DNA of 64,000 bases from an uncultured Gammaproteobacteria bacterium (lineage in GTDB: Bacteria; Patescibacteriota; Microgenomatia; JALYQM01): contig CAYOFQ010000002.1 of assembly GCA_964403585.1 (NCBI GenBank), forward strand, positions 5,667 to 69,666, read 5' to 3'. Position numbers and translations under genes: made by a program. The stretch's first letter is position 1; each line of letters begins with the position of its first letter. This document shows, piece after piece, positions 1 to 9,057 of this stretch. The notes beneath the pieces are model-generated. The model was not told the origin of the DNA. It was given only the letters and a program-made list of their open reading frames with translations, and did not search any database.

Positions 1-2155
1 CAATACATTGTTTATATAATTCCGCACGCTCCAACTCAGGAATATATCTCCACTCTCTGTATTCAACACCCTCAAAATACTTATCAACTTCGTTATATCG
101 CTGCATCATTTTTTCAATAAGAAGCTCAATCGGCTGCATAGGTTGCTGATGTACTTCAGATGTGTATTCAGAAATTGCCTTCTTCAAAGCCAAGGCAACT
201 CCAATATAATCAACTACTATGCCAGCTTCTTTATCTTTATATCTTCTATTAACTCGGGTAATTGCCTGCATCAAGGTATAACCTTTAATCGGCTTATCTA
301 TGTAAATTGTATGCAAATGAGGAACATCAAATCCCGTTAACCACATGTCACAGACAATAACTATTTTGAGTTTATCATCAGGATTTTTAAATCTCTTTTC
401 CAATTCTTTGTTACTCAATTCGTCTTGAATTTTTCCTTTATAATCGCTATTACTAGAAATAACAATTGCCATCTCAGGAGCTAAAGGTAAATCCTTCATA
501 ATATTATAAAGATCAACGGCTATCTTTCGAGTCATCGTTACAACCATTGCCTTACCTTCAAGTTTTCTATGTACAAAATGGTATATAATATCCTTTGCAA
601 CTCGTCTCAACCTATCATCCGCACCCACTAAACGCTCTAATTCGCTAAATTTCTTTTTTAATGTTTCCTTCACTTCTTCGGGATGTTCCGAAAAATAATC
701 ATCAAAATCTTCATTGATAAATTCATTCGCGAAATGAAGTGGAATTAACCGGCTATCATAAAAAATTGGAACCGTAGTCTGGTCACGCTCTGAACGATCA
801 ATAGTATATCTGCTAACAACCTTCCCAAACACGAGCTGAGTATTTCTATCGCTAAAAGCTATCGGAGTACCTGTTATACCTAAGAAAGAGGCATTCGGAG
901 CAGCAGTACGGATATTACCTGCGTAATCAGCATATTGAGAACGATGAGCTTCATCTGCTATTACAATTAGATTAGCTCGATCCGTAATCTTATGGTCAAA
1001 ATCAAACTTCTGGATAGTCGTAAAAAGTATTTCGGAACCAGGATAGGACAATTTCTCTTTTAAATCCTCAACGGTAACAGCAATTTTCGAACCTATAAAA
1101 CCTGAACGTAAAAAAGTCTTATACAATTGCTGATCTAAATCATTTCGATCAGTCAAAAATAACAGCATGGGACCAGAAAGTTCATCAAGTTGTCGCACCT
1201 TATTGGTATAAAAAACCATTGACAAGGATTTTCCACTACCTTGAGTATGCCAATAAACACCAATCTTTTTGTTACCTTTCACCGAATCAAGAGTTTGCTT
1301 AATCGTCCTATTAACTCCAAAGTACTGATGATACATGCACATTTTTTTTGTGTATTTTGTAGCATCTTTTTCTGCATCAGCTTCGAATACAATGAAGTAA
1401 TGAATAATATCAAGCAAATGATCTTTATTAAATATACCCTTAGTCAATACCTCCAGCTGATATTTATCTTCATTATTCTCTTCTTCACTTTCGATCCCGT
1501 CCCAAGGCACAAAGAAATCCCATGAGGAAGAAACCGTTCCATGTTTCGCCTTAAAAGAGTCACTAGCTACTAAAACTTGGTTAAAATAGAAGATTTTAGG
1601 AATATCCTGCTTATACTTCTCATGCAGTTGAGTAAAGGCATCAACAATTGTAGCATTAGGATCTGTAGGATTTTTCAATTCATAAATAGCGATAGGTAGA
1701 CCATTAATAAACACAACAACATCTGGCCGTCTTGTTTTCTCAACACCTTGCACAGAAAATTGATTTACAACTAAGAACTCATTATTAAACAAGTTTTTAA
1801 AATCAATCAATTTAACATATTCATTTTTAGTATCTCCAGCTTTATTCCTAAAATGAACTTCGATTCCTTTAATTATCCACTCGTAGGCTTCTTTATTTCC
1901 AAGCTCAATATCTACGTGATGAAATCTCATAAGCAGTTGCACAACTTCGTAAATTTTTTCTTCTGGAATTGACGGATTAATCCGTATAAGCGACCGAGTC
2001 AATCGTGATTTTAGAATTACATCACGATAATCCTCCCGCTCAGGTGCAACCCCTCCAGGAGCAATATCAGGCCCATATGCATACTCATACCCAAGCTGCT
2101 TAAACCAACCTAATAATGGCTGTTCAGACAATGTATCTTCATTCAACTTACTCAT
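1..2155 (-). CDS. hsdR: Type I restriction enzyme R subunit HsdR (partial; C-terminus lies beyond window start)
   Basis: Minus-strand frame is open from ATG at 2155 to the window edge. There is no stop, so it is absent from the ORF track. My own translation gives N-terminus MSKLNEDTLSEQPLLGWFKQLGYEY (HsdR N-terminal domain), Walker A HTQGSGKSLSMVFY near 1200-1260 and a DEAH box IVIADEAHRS near 930-960. The ATG sits 2 nt after the hsdS stop. Confidence 0.85.
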   Translation of the reverse strand, partial: MSKLNEDTLSEQPLLGWFKQLGYEYAYGPDIAPGGVAPEREDYRDVILKSRLTRSLIRINPSIPEEKIYEVVQLLMRFHHVDIELGNKEAYEWIIKGIEVHFRNKAGDTKNEYVKLIDFKNLFNNEFLVVNQFSVQGVEKTRRPDVVVFINGLPIAIYELKNPTDPNATIVDAFTQLHEKYKQDIPKIFYFNQVLVASDSFKAKHGTVSSSWDFFVPWDGIESEEENNEDKYQLEVLTKGIFNKDHLLDIIHYFIVFEADAEKDATKYTKKMCMYHQYFGVNRTIKQTLDSVKGNKKIGVYWHTQGSGKSLSMVFYTNKVRQLDELSGPMLLFLTDRNDLDQQLYKTFLRSGFIGSKIAVTVEDLKEKLSYPGSEILFTTIQKFDFDHKITDRANLIVIADEAHRSQYADYAGNIRTAAPNASFLGITGTPIAFSDRNTQLVFGKVVSRYTIDRSERDQTTVPIFYDSRLIPLHFANEFINEDFDDYFSEHPEEVKETLKKKFSELERLVGADDRLRRVAKDIIYHFVHRKLEGKAMVVTMTRKIAVDLYNIMKDLPLAPEMAIVISSNSDYKGKIQDELSNKELEKRFKNPDDKLKIVIVCDMWLTGFDVPHLHTIYIDKPIKGYTLMQAITRVNRRYKDKEAGIVVDYIGVALALKKAISEYTSEVHQQPMQPIELLIEKMMQRYNEVDKYFEGVEYREWRYIPELERAELYKQCI

Positions 2156-2156
2156 A

Positions 2157-3326
2157 CTAAACATCTAGTTCCCCTCTTAACAACTTAGGCAGCAAGATGT
2201 CTTTCAATGAAATTAATTCATTATTTTCAACTTCTAACAGTTGAATCTTATGTTCTATACCTCCTGCAATTATTTCAAACTTTGAGATTAACTCTTCTGG
2301 AGGTAATATAACCTTTATATTTTCTAATTCACTTTTAGTAACAGCAGCAAAGATAGAACCAGATCCAAAACTATCTTCTTTTTTAAATACATTTCTTAGT
2401 TGGTAAAACAGAAAACTCTGGCTACCATTTTTATTTCGAACAGATGCTAGGCCTCGACCTAAGGACAACTCTCTATCAGCAATGTTCAGTCTTCCAACAG
2501 GGGCACGCACACTCAATAAAATATCTCCTTTTGCAGCTTTTCTCGGATTATTTGTACAGAAAATTTTATGAGTAGGATAACGCCGTCCAAAATAAGTAAC
2601 TCCCTGATGAAAAGGAAGACCCTTACCTTCTATGTTATAGTCTTCAGATGGTGGAGATTGACCCATTATAATATCTGCTACTTCAGCAAGAGTAGTTAAC
2701 CTCCACGTAGACTCAGACAAGACCTTATTACCTTGAATCATAAACCATTCTTTATAAACTAATTGGGCAACAAGTTCCAGCTTTTCTACAATTTTATTAT
2801 TTAGTACGATTTTTTCATCTAGTCTTGAAATTATCGAAGATATTTTAGACTGTATTCTCAAATTTTCAGGATACTTAATCAATATTTGCCTCAACTCAGC
2901 TTGCCTTATTCCTTCTGCAGCAGTTCCGCTCAATCTCTTAAGTAATTCATGTCTCCCCTCAGCTCCCTGAAGGTAATAGTATAAGTACTTAGGATCCAAT
3001 TTAGTTTTATCAGTCCTTAGTCCAAATAGCCTTTGGCTTAAAACAAGATCTTTTTTTTCAGCTAAATAATATATCTCACCTAAAGGCGCTTCTGATGTTA
3101 ACAAAATATCCCCTGCTTCAAGCTTTTCAGGCATCCACTTCTCATATAAATCCGAACTAACATACCTTATATCATCATGATTGACTATTCTACCTGTCTT
3201 AATATTTTTAGCAGATATCGCTGGAATGCCTTTACTCGACCAATCACCTCCTAATTTTTTAGGAGTTAAACCTCTATGATCAATTATCAATTCCATTAGA
3301 TTATCAAGTCTATCTTGTTTCCACAT
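2157..3326 (-). CDS. hsdS: Type I restriction-modification specificity subunit HsdS
   Basis: 389 aa with two target-recognition-domain halves. C-terminal conserved helix ISLKDILLPKLLRGELDV is typical of HsdS. It is positioned between hsdM and hsdR on the same strand. Confidence 0.85.
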   Translation of the reverse strand: MWKQDRLDNLMELIIDHRGLTPKKLGGDWSSKGIPAISAKNIKTGRIVNHDDIRYVSSDLYEKWMPEKLEAGDILLTSEAPLGEIYYLAEKKDLVLSQRLFGLRTDKTKLDPKYLYYYLQGAEGRHELLKRLSGTAAEGIRQAELRQILIKYPENLRIQSKISSIISRLDEKIVLNNKIVEKLELVAQLVYKEWFMIQGNKVLSESTWRLTTLAEVADIIMGQSPPSEDYNIEGKGLPFHQGVTYFGRRYPTHKIFCTNNPRKAAKGDILLSVRAPVGRLNIADRELSLGRGLASVRNKNGSQSFLFYQLRNVFKKEDSFGSGSIFAAVTKSELENIKVILPPEELISKFEIIAGGIEHKIQLLEVENNELISLKDILLPKLLRGELDV

Positions 3327-3401
3327 ATACTAAACCCTTATTAAATTTGACTTATATCCACATTTTGCATATAATTAACATATAACGATGACTGGATAAG
3401 C

Positions 3402-3914
3402 CTAAGGTTTCGACCGACCGCTGATGCCAGTCGTTTTTTTGACATATTTTAAGCTCATTTTGAGCTTATCCAACGTTACTATATATTGAGCATACTTTCT
3501 CAATAAACTGGAATAATGCCTATTAGGCGTAATTACCTTCAAAAGCTTATTCTTACCAACTAAATGCTCAACTAAACAGTGAAAATCTCCATCATTAGAT
3601 ACAATTATCGCCTTTTCATAGTTTTCAAGCTCAATCATAGTATGTAAAACAAGCTCAGCATCAACATTCCCCTTCACAACTCCAGTTTTCAAAGTTAAGG
3701 TAGGCTTCAAAATGACTATATACCCCATCTCTTGTAAATGTGTATAAAGCTTTTCATTATCAGCTTTAAATCCGATAAAAACAAATGCTTTTTCGATCTT
3801 ATATTTATTTTTTAGATACTGACGAAACTTTCGCCAATCCAATTCCCAACCTTCAGATCGAACTCCTAAATTGAGATTTTGGCTATCTATAAATGCATAA
3901 TTCTCTTTACTCAT
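3402..3914 (-). CDS. NYN/LabA-like (PIN-fold) predicted nuclease inserted in the R-M operon
   Basis: 170 aa. Motifs AFIDSQNL (N-terminal Asp) and DAELVLHTM...IIVSNDGDFHCLVEHL match the NYN-domain acidic core. Its start overlaps the hsdM stop (3911-3914). Confidence 0.65.
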   Translation of the reverse strand: MSKENYAFIDSQNLNLGVRSEGWELDWRKFRQYLKNKYKIEKAFVFIGFKADNEKLYTHLQEMGYIVILKPTLTLKTGVVKGNVDAELVLHTMIELENYEKAIIVSNDGDFHCLVEHLVGKNKLLKVITPNRHYSSLLRKYAQYIVTLDKLKMSLKYVKKTTGISGRSKP

Positions 3915-5704
3915 AACTCAAATCCTAAAGTTTTCAAATTCTTTCGTATCTCTTCTTCTAGTTGTCTCGATTTAGCAAAGTCAGCAGATAAACTCTTCGT
4001 CAACTCCGACATTTTTTCTTCATATGAAATACCGTCATCTTCTTCCTCCGCAATCTCAACATATCTCCCTGGAGTCAACACATAACCATTTTCAGCAATC
4101 TCAGAAAGAGTTACTGATTTACAGAACCCAGCTACGTTCTCATAAGTACCCACTTCACCTCTCCAAGCTCTCACAGTATCAGCAATCTTCTTAATTTGCT
4201 CATCATTAAATATCACTTGCTTCCTCGAAATTTGCTCGAATAGATCCTTGGCATCAATAAACAACGTTTCTCCAGCTCTATTTCGAAACCTTCCAGAAAC
4301 TTTATTCTTAGTCATAAACCACAAAGAAACAGGGAGTGAAACATTATAAAATAGTTTAGGAGGGCAAGCGATAATAATATCAATAAGGTCATCATCGATC
4401 ATCTTCTTACGGATTTCCCCTTCTTTACCACCTACAGCTAATGCCCCGTTAGCCATAACAAAACCAGCCATACCATTGGGAGTTAAATGATGCAAAAAAT
4501 GTTGAATCCACATAAAGTTAGCATTACCGGATGGAGGCGTTCCATATTGAATTCTCGGATCTTTTTCATCTAGTCGATCAGGGTTCCACTCAGCATTAAA
4601 AGGAGGGTTACAAATTTCGAGATCTACCTTTAAGTCGGAAAATTTGTCATCATAATAAGTATTTCCAAGTTCAATCTTTCCATAAATGCCTCTAATCGCT
4701 AAGTTCATTTTACATAACTTAAGAGTAGTTTGATTACTTTCTTGACCATAAATCGCAATCTTTGTAGGGTCTTTATGATGTTCTCGTAAAAATTTACTCG
4801 ACTGAACAAACATACCACCCGATCCACACGCAAAATCCGCAACTCTACTATTTTCAAAAGGTTCAAGCACTTCGACCAAAACCTTAACTATTGAGCGAGC
4901 AGTAAAAAATTCACCTCCACGCTTACCTTCTTCTGAAGCAAACTGACCTAAGAAATATTCGTAAACCCTACCCAATAAATCTTTTTCTTTTTCAATGTCG
5001 TGATCAAAGTTAATTCTAGAAAATATATTTACCAATTCTCCGAGGATGTGACTGTCAAGGCCCACACGAACGTAACTTTTGGGAAGTACCCCAGTAAGCT
5101 GTTCAGGATTATCTTTTTCTATAGCATCCATAGCTTCATCAATGTATTTCGCGATATCACTTGAAGTAGCCTTTGAACGCAAGTATTCCCATCGAGCAAT
5201 TTCTGGTATAAAGAAAATTCCTTTACTTTTATACAAGTCTTTTTCCTCTAGCATTTTCTCTCTTATTTGAGGATCCGGAACATACTCAGGTCTACTAGAA
5301 TCAGCCATAAATTCGACTAATTCATCCCGCCTTTGATAATAAGTGTCGGTAATGTATTTAAGGAATATAAGGCCCAAAACAATATGCTTATAATCGGAGG
5401 CATCAATTGAGCCACGCAGCTTATCTGCAGCGGACCAAAGATCATTCTCAAAATTTATATCTTTGTCCTTATTGATCTCTTGAGTAAGTCTTTTTGCCAT
5501 TTTGGCTGTTTCTAACTGAGCAACACTCACTCTAGATTGAAGTTCACTTGGCAAAGTATCCACTCGAATAAGGTATTTCTTACCTACCTCTTTGATTAGC
5601 ACCTCTCCAGCCTGTATTTTACCTTGTAACTGTTTTTGTATAGCTTGTCGCGACACACCAAGTATCCGTGCAAGGTCATTAATGGTGATATATTTTTCTT
5701 CCAT
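3911..5704 (-). CDS. hsdM: Type I R-M N6-adenine DNA methyltransferase HsdM with extra N-terminal HTH domain
   Basis: 597 aa. HsdM_N-like region NDLWSAADKLRGSIDASDYKHIVLGLIFLKYI, motif I FACGSGGMF and motif IV NPPF (EICNPPFNAEW). The first ~85 aa, ITINDLARILGVSRQAIQKQLQ, form a MerR/excisionase-type helix-turn-helix that canonical HsdM lacks. Confidence 0.9.
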   Translation of the reverse strand: MEEKYITINDLARILGVSRQAIQKQLQGKIQAGEVLIKEVGKKYLIRVDTLPSELQSRVSVAQLETAKMAKRLTQEINKDKDINFENDLWSAADKLRGSIDASDYKHIVLGLIFLKYITDTYYQRRDELVEFMADSSRPEYVPDPQIREKMLEEKDLYKSKGIFFIPEIARWEYLRSKATSSDIAKYIDEAMDAIEKDNPEQLTGVLPKSYVRVGLDSHILGELVNIFSRINFDHDIEKEKDLLGRVYEYFLGQFASEEGKRGGEFFTARSIVKVLVEVLEPFENSRVADFACGSGGMFVQSSKFLREHHKDPTKIAIYGQESNQTTLKLCKMNLAIRGIYGKIELGNTYYDDKFSDLKVDLEICNPPFNAEWNPDRLDEKDPRIQYGTPPSGNANFMWIQHFLHHLTPNGMAGFVMANGALAVGGKEGEIRKKMIDDDLIDIIIACPPKLFYNVSLPVSLWFMTKNKVSGRFRNRAGETLFIDAKDLFEQISRKQVIFNDEQIKKIADTVRAWRGEVGTYENVAGFCKSVTLSEIAENGYVLTPGRYVEIAEEEDDGISYEEKMSELTKSLSADFAKSRQLEEEIRKNLKTLGFEL

Positions 5705-5744
5705 GACAATATCGTAACATATTAAAATAGAAAGTCAAGTTGCA

Positions 5745-5768
5745 ATATGACAACAAAAGTTGTCATAT
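5745..5768. promoter_or_regulatory. Perfect palindrome ATATGACAAC-aaaa-GTTGTCATAT immediately upstream of the hsdM promoter (candidate operator)
   Basis: 10-bp inverted arms ~40 bp upstream of the hsdM ATG. Minus-strand -35/-10-like TTGACT...TAATAT/TACGAT lie between the palindrome and the ATG. It is a plausible binding site for the HsdM N-terminal HTH. Confidence 0.4.
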
Positions 5769-5776
5769 GAATATCA

Positions 5777-6469
5777 CTATTCGTCCACTCTCACCTCGTT
5801 CACCACATCATAATATGCATGCAAATACGAATTCTCCAACACCTCGCACTTCACCAACCGCAACGGTCGCACCTTCAACAAATCCACCTGCGTATGAAGC
5901 GACTCTCCATCCACCAACGTCGACGTATCCTTACCACCCACCAACACCGCCGCAATCACCACCGAAACATGATCAATCAGTCCTCGCCGCACCCATTCCG
6001 CATTCAACGTTCCTCCCGACTGAATCGTAATCCGATCCACCCTATACTCACGCTTAAGTTTCTCCATTAACCCAGCCAAATCCACTTCACCGTCATAAAA
6101 TAGAATCTCAATATTCGAATATTCCTGCTTCACCTTAAAAGCCGGATGATTTTTATTCGTCGTCACCAAATACAACGTCTTCACCCACTGCGCCAAATAC
6201 GCCACACCCTTTTCATTTAAATGAGGCTTATTATCCAGGATAATAAAACTACAATCAATTTTCTTCGGCGGAGTCGTTCGCTCATTCACCCCAATCTTCG
6301 CCATCACCCGCCCTGTATTTAACGAAAACAAATCCGTCTGCTTCTCCAAGTCATAGTACTGCTGTAACCCTTCCTTAACCCCCACAATCCGCTTAAAATC
6401 CTTATCTACATCCAACTCGTCTACATCCCCGGTGGAAATCTTTCCATCCATGTGATACACAATAATCAT
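5777..6469 (-). CDS. Dihydrofolate reductase-like / RibD C-terminal domain family protein
   Basis: 230 aa. C-terminal ITIQSGGTLNAEWVRRGLIDHVSVVIAAVLVGG resembles the RibD_C NADPH-binding core. Confidence 0.55.
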   Translation of the reverse strand: MIIVYHMDGKISTGDVDELDVDKDFKRIVGVKEGLQQYYDLEKQTDLFSLNTGRVMAKIGVNERTTPPKKIDCSFIILDNKPHLNEKGVAYLAQWVKTLYLVTTNKNHPAFKVKQEYSNIEILFYDGEVDLAGLMEKLKREYRVDRITIQSGGTLNAEWVRRGLIDHVSVVIAAVLVGGKDTSTLVDGESLHTQVDLLKVRPLRLVKCEVLENSYLHAYYDVVNEVRVDE

Positions 6470-6493
6470 TACTACACGTAAGAAAGGTCATAT

Positions 6494-6997
6494 ATGGAAG
6501 AAACATCCCCTATCGGTGAAATAAAAGGTACCCCAAAAGACGAACGAGGCGAACTACAGACCAATGGAGTATGGAAATTAACCGAAACGTCATCATTCGT
6601 AGAACCGGCAACCCCGGATAATCCGGATCATCGAACCCACAATGTAACAAAAACAACCTTCACCGTCGAAGGCCCAAATGATGAAGTATATAAAGTAACC
6701 AACACCAACGATCGTATCGATGTAGAAGGACCGGGGTACAACAGAACCGACGAAGTTATTACCAATACCGGTATCACTCGCAATAGCGAAGACTGGTTAC
6801 CATTCCAGATTGCCAACCAGCTCATTGATCGTGGTGACGCATTTAATCGAAGCAATCGGAATCAACTGGTAAGAACATTAGATACAATTGGCTCAAACTA
6901 CCAACAAGCAGTCGCAAAAGCAACTGAGAGCGGTGACCGCCTTGCTGCTATTCAAACCGCTGTTGATCAAGCTAAGGATTTTACCGACCAGCTATAA
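6494..6997 (+). CDS. Hypothetical protein
   Basis: 167-aa ORF, no recognised domain, followed by an intrinsic terminator. Confidence 0.5.
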   Translation: MEETSPIGEIKGTPKDERGELQTNGVWKLTETSSFVEPATPDNPDHRTHNVTKTTFTVEGPNDEVYKVTNTNDRIDVEGPGYNRTDEVITNTGITRNSEDWLPFQIANQLIDRGDAFNRSNRNQLVRTLDTIGSNYQQAVAKATESGDRLAAIQTAVDQAKDFTDQL

Positions 6998-7023
6998 AAA
7001 ATAAAATTCAAAGTGTAATAATA

Positions 7024-7054
7024 AAAAAGAGCCGTAATGGCTCTTTTTTATTTT
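7024..7054. terminator. Rho-independent terminator (bidirectional position between convergent genes)
   Basis: aaaaAGAGCCgtaatGGCTCTtttttatttt: a GC hairpin flanked by A-run and T-run. Confidence 0.65.
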
Positions 7055-7066
7055 ACGATAATTAGG

Positions 7067-7861
7067 TTAAAAAATCTTTAAGTAACAATATACCACAATC
7101 ACACTGGCTACCACCAGCAATCCCACCATCGCCAACGGAACCACCGCTTCAGCATTCCCTGTACGCAAATCTAAAAACAACGTCGCCACAATACTACTCC
7201 CCATCAATACCGAAAATACCAGCCACGGCGCGGCAAACACATACCCTAAGGTTTTCTTTCGCCATAACAAAACGCCTATTAGTATCATCGCCGACAACAC
7301 TAACGACAAATCTATAACCTGAATAGGATTCACCCATAACCCGGCCGTTGCAATACTTTTTGGTAGATCTCCAGAGATCAGCGCCGGAATAATCTCAGAC
7401 AACCACAGCAAGGCAAATAACCCTCCCGTAAGCATCAGCAAAACACTCGCTCCGCGGAATCTCTTACCCACAACACTTTTGGCCAAGATAGCCAGATCCT
7501 GACCCAATAACCCAACTATCACGCTGTACGCAGATAAACCCAAAATAGCTACATACACTAAGAATAAATAATTGAAATGCACAAAAAAGGCATAGATCAA
7601 AAACGCGTAAATAAAATACAGCAGCGTACCCAACCACACCAGCCAAGCCGCAACAGATTTCTTAGTGAGAAAATACGTACTAACAAGCAACACCGGCACC
7701 GCCAACAAATTCCCAATATCCTGCCCCACCGCCTGCATCGCCCAGTTCGCCGATTCCTGCGCATACGTAACCGGATCAAAAATACCCAGTAAACTCGACA
7801 GCAAAACTAACGCGCCAATAAGCACCGAACAAAAAATCCAAACTTTAGATACCGAATGCAT
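7067..7861 (-). CDS. Polytopic membrane protein (about 8 TM), unknown function
   Basis: 264 aa, highly hydrophobic with multiple predicted TM helices. Confidence 0.55.
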   Translation of the reverse strand: MHSVSKVWIFCSVLIGALVLLSSLLGIFDPVTYAQESANWAMQAVGQDIGNLLAVPVLLVSTYFLTKKSVAAWLVWLGTLLYFIYAFLIYAFFVHFNYLFLVYVAILGLSAYSVIVGLLGQDLAILAKSVVGKRFRGASVLLMLTGGLFALLWLSEIIPALISGDLPKSIATAGLWVNPIQVIDLSLVLSAMILIGVLLWRKKTLGYVFAAPWLVFSVLMGSSIVATLFLDLRTGNAEAVVPLAMVGLLVVASVIVVYCYLKIF

Positions 7862-7913
7862 ACCAACATGATAGCGTATTCTAAATTAAATACTGTGATC
7901 TGGATAAAATGAT

Positions 7914-8021
7914 TCATTGGGGAAACAGAGAGATAACCGAACCTATAAACATAAAAATGCCAAAAAACAACAGCGACAAGCCGCCAAGCTTTAACTTCTT
8001 ACTCCATACGTTCTTTTTCAT
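7914..8021 (-). CDS. Small membrane peptide (35 aa) MKKNVWSKKLKLGGLSLLFFGIFMFIGSVISLFPQ
   Basis: Not in ORF track (too short). Perfect SD AGGAGGTGA 5 nt before the ATG at 8021, one TM helix, stop TGA at 7914-7916. Confidence 0.35.
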   Translation of the reverse strand: MKKNVWSKKLKLGGLSLLFFGIFMFIGSVISLFPQ

Positions 8022-8035
8022 GATTTCACCTCCTG

Positions 8036-8072
8036 GTAGAGCGCAGATTGCGCTGCATAGCTACGCTCTACC
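8036..8072. terminator. Stem-loop (9-bp stem GGTAGAGCG/CGCTCTACC with a nested inner hairpin) downstream of lipoprotein gene
   Basis: Inverted repeat read directly. It lies 3' of the minus-strand gene 8098-8403. Confidence 0.4.
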
Positions 8073-8097
8073 ATAGTTCATTTGAATCCAGTTTAGG

Positions 8098-8403
8098 CTA
8101 GGGTGATGCTGCCGGGGGCGGCGCTGGCCGGTGAATGGTGCAATAGTCTTCCCCTTTCAGATTGTAGGTTGTCATGATCGGAACTGAAAAGTCACCTACT
8201 TTAATCGAACTAGTTTTCACTAACCACGTCGCCGGACAATCCTCCTCGCCTTCTCCCAAAATCCCTGAAAAGGTTTGTTCGTCTTGAGCGCACCCGTTCG
8301 GGTGGCAGTAGACTCCCTTCCAGGTCAGGGATGATCCATCACATGCGGCCAAAGCCAACGCAGCAAGAAGGCCCAAAAGTACCAGGGATAGACCCCGAAA
8401 CAT
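8098..8403 (-). CDS. Small Cys-rich lipoprotein (GC-rich, compositionally atypical)
   Basis: 101 aa. Signal peptide with lipobox LAAC and 6 Cys. Local GC is clearly higher than the flanks. Confidence 0.6.
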   Translation of the reverse strand: MFRGLSLVLLGLLAALALAACDGSSLTWKGVYCHPNGCAQDEQTFSGILGEGEEDCPATWLVKTSSIKVGDFSVPIMTTYNLKGEDYCTIHRPAPPPAASP

Positions 8404-8606
8404 CGCACGCTCCTGTGCTAAAAGGATCCAAAGTCTGCCCAGAAAATGAGCTAAAATGTTAACTCGCTTACTGAGCAGACCTTGAGTAATTATGAAGTGA
8501 ATTCCTGTGTTATCTCTCTGTTAAAGAACTTGCCGAATGGTGAATTCAGCCCGGTAATTATACTACAAAATTAACAAAAGTAAAATACTATAGGATATCA
8601 AAGAAG
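8404..8606 (-). promoter_or_regulatory. Promoter-leader module copy L4 (CCTATAGTA box, TATAAT, leader with TTTAACAGAGAG and AGCTCATTTT motifs)
   Basis: Minus strand reads atatCCTATAGTAttTTACTT-N-gtagTATAAT, then a ~140-nt leader containing cTTTAACAgAGAg. It is homologous to the leaders at 23905, 25181, 29160 and 18404. Confidence 0.45.
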
Positions 8607-8609
8607 AGG

Positions 8610-9038
8610 TTATGCCACATGCTTCTTCATATACTCATATGCCGACCTGATTATCGATTCCAAAACCGCCAAATCCACATCCGAAAGCTTATTAATATAC
8701 AAACATCCACCCATTCCGCTACCGCTCGTTTTATGTTTGCCTAATTTCTCCAAAGCCGGATTATCGTGATTCCCTTGCAACACATACAACGTTAAGTTCT
8801 GCTTCCGCGGCGAAAACCCCACCAACATCCAATCCCCTTCCTGAGCACTTCGTTCGGATTTATAATGATACTTTCCAAACCCTACAATACTCGTTCCCCA
8901 CATCACCGCTTTTTCTCCGGTAACTTTTTTGAACATTTCCAACAGCGCCAACGCATCTTCACGCTTCTGCTGCGGCTCAACGGAATTCAAAAACTCTTTT
9001 GGATCTTGATCGGTAATTTTCGTTTTAGGTTCGGCCAT
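8610..9038 (-). CDS. DUF1801 (YdhG-like) family protein
   Basis: 142 aa with DUF1801 core GKYHYKSERS...LGKHKTSGSGMGGCLYINKLSDVD. A paralog lies at 14774-15205. Confidence 0.6.
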   Translation of the reverse strand: MAEPKTKITDQDPKEFLNSVEPQQKREDALALLEMFKKVTGEKAVMWGTSIVGFGKYHYKSERSAQEGDWMLVGFSPRKQNLTLYVLQGNHDNPALEKLGKHKTSGSGMGGCLYINKLSDVDLAVLESIIRSAYEYMKKHVA

Positions 9039-9057
9039 AGGTTGATTATATCAAACC

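Noticed and set aside
143-1525. Track ORFs 143-340 (+) and 1241-1525 (+)
   Set aside because: Both lie antisense inside the open hsdR reading frame, whose Walker A and DEAH motifs and N-terminal domain are clearly encoded on the minus strand. They are low-complexity spurious ORFs.
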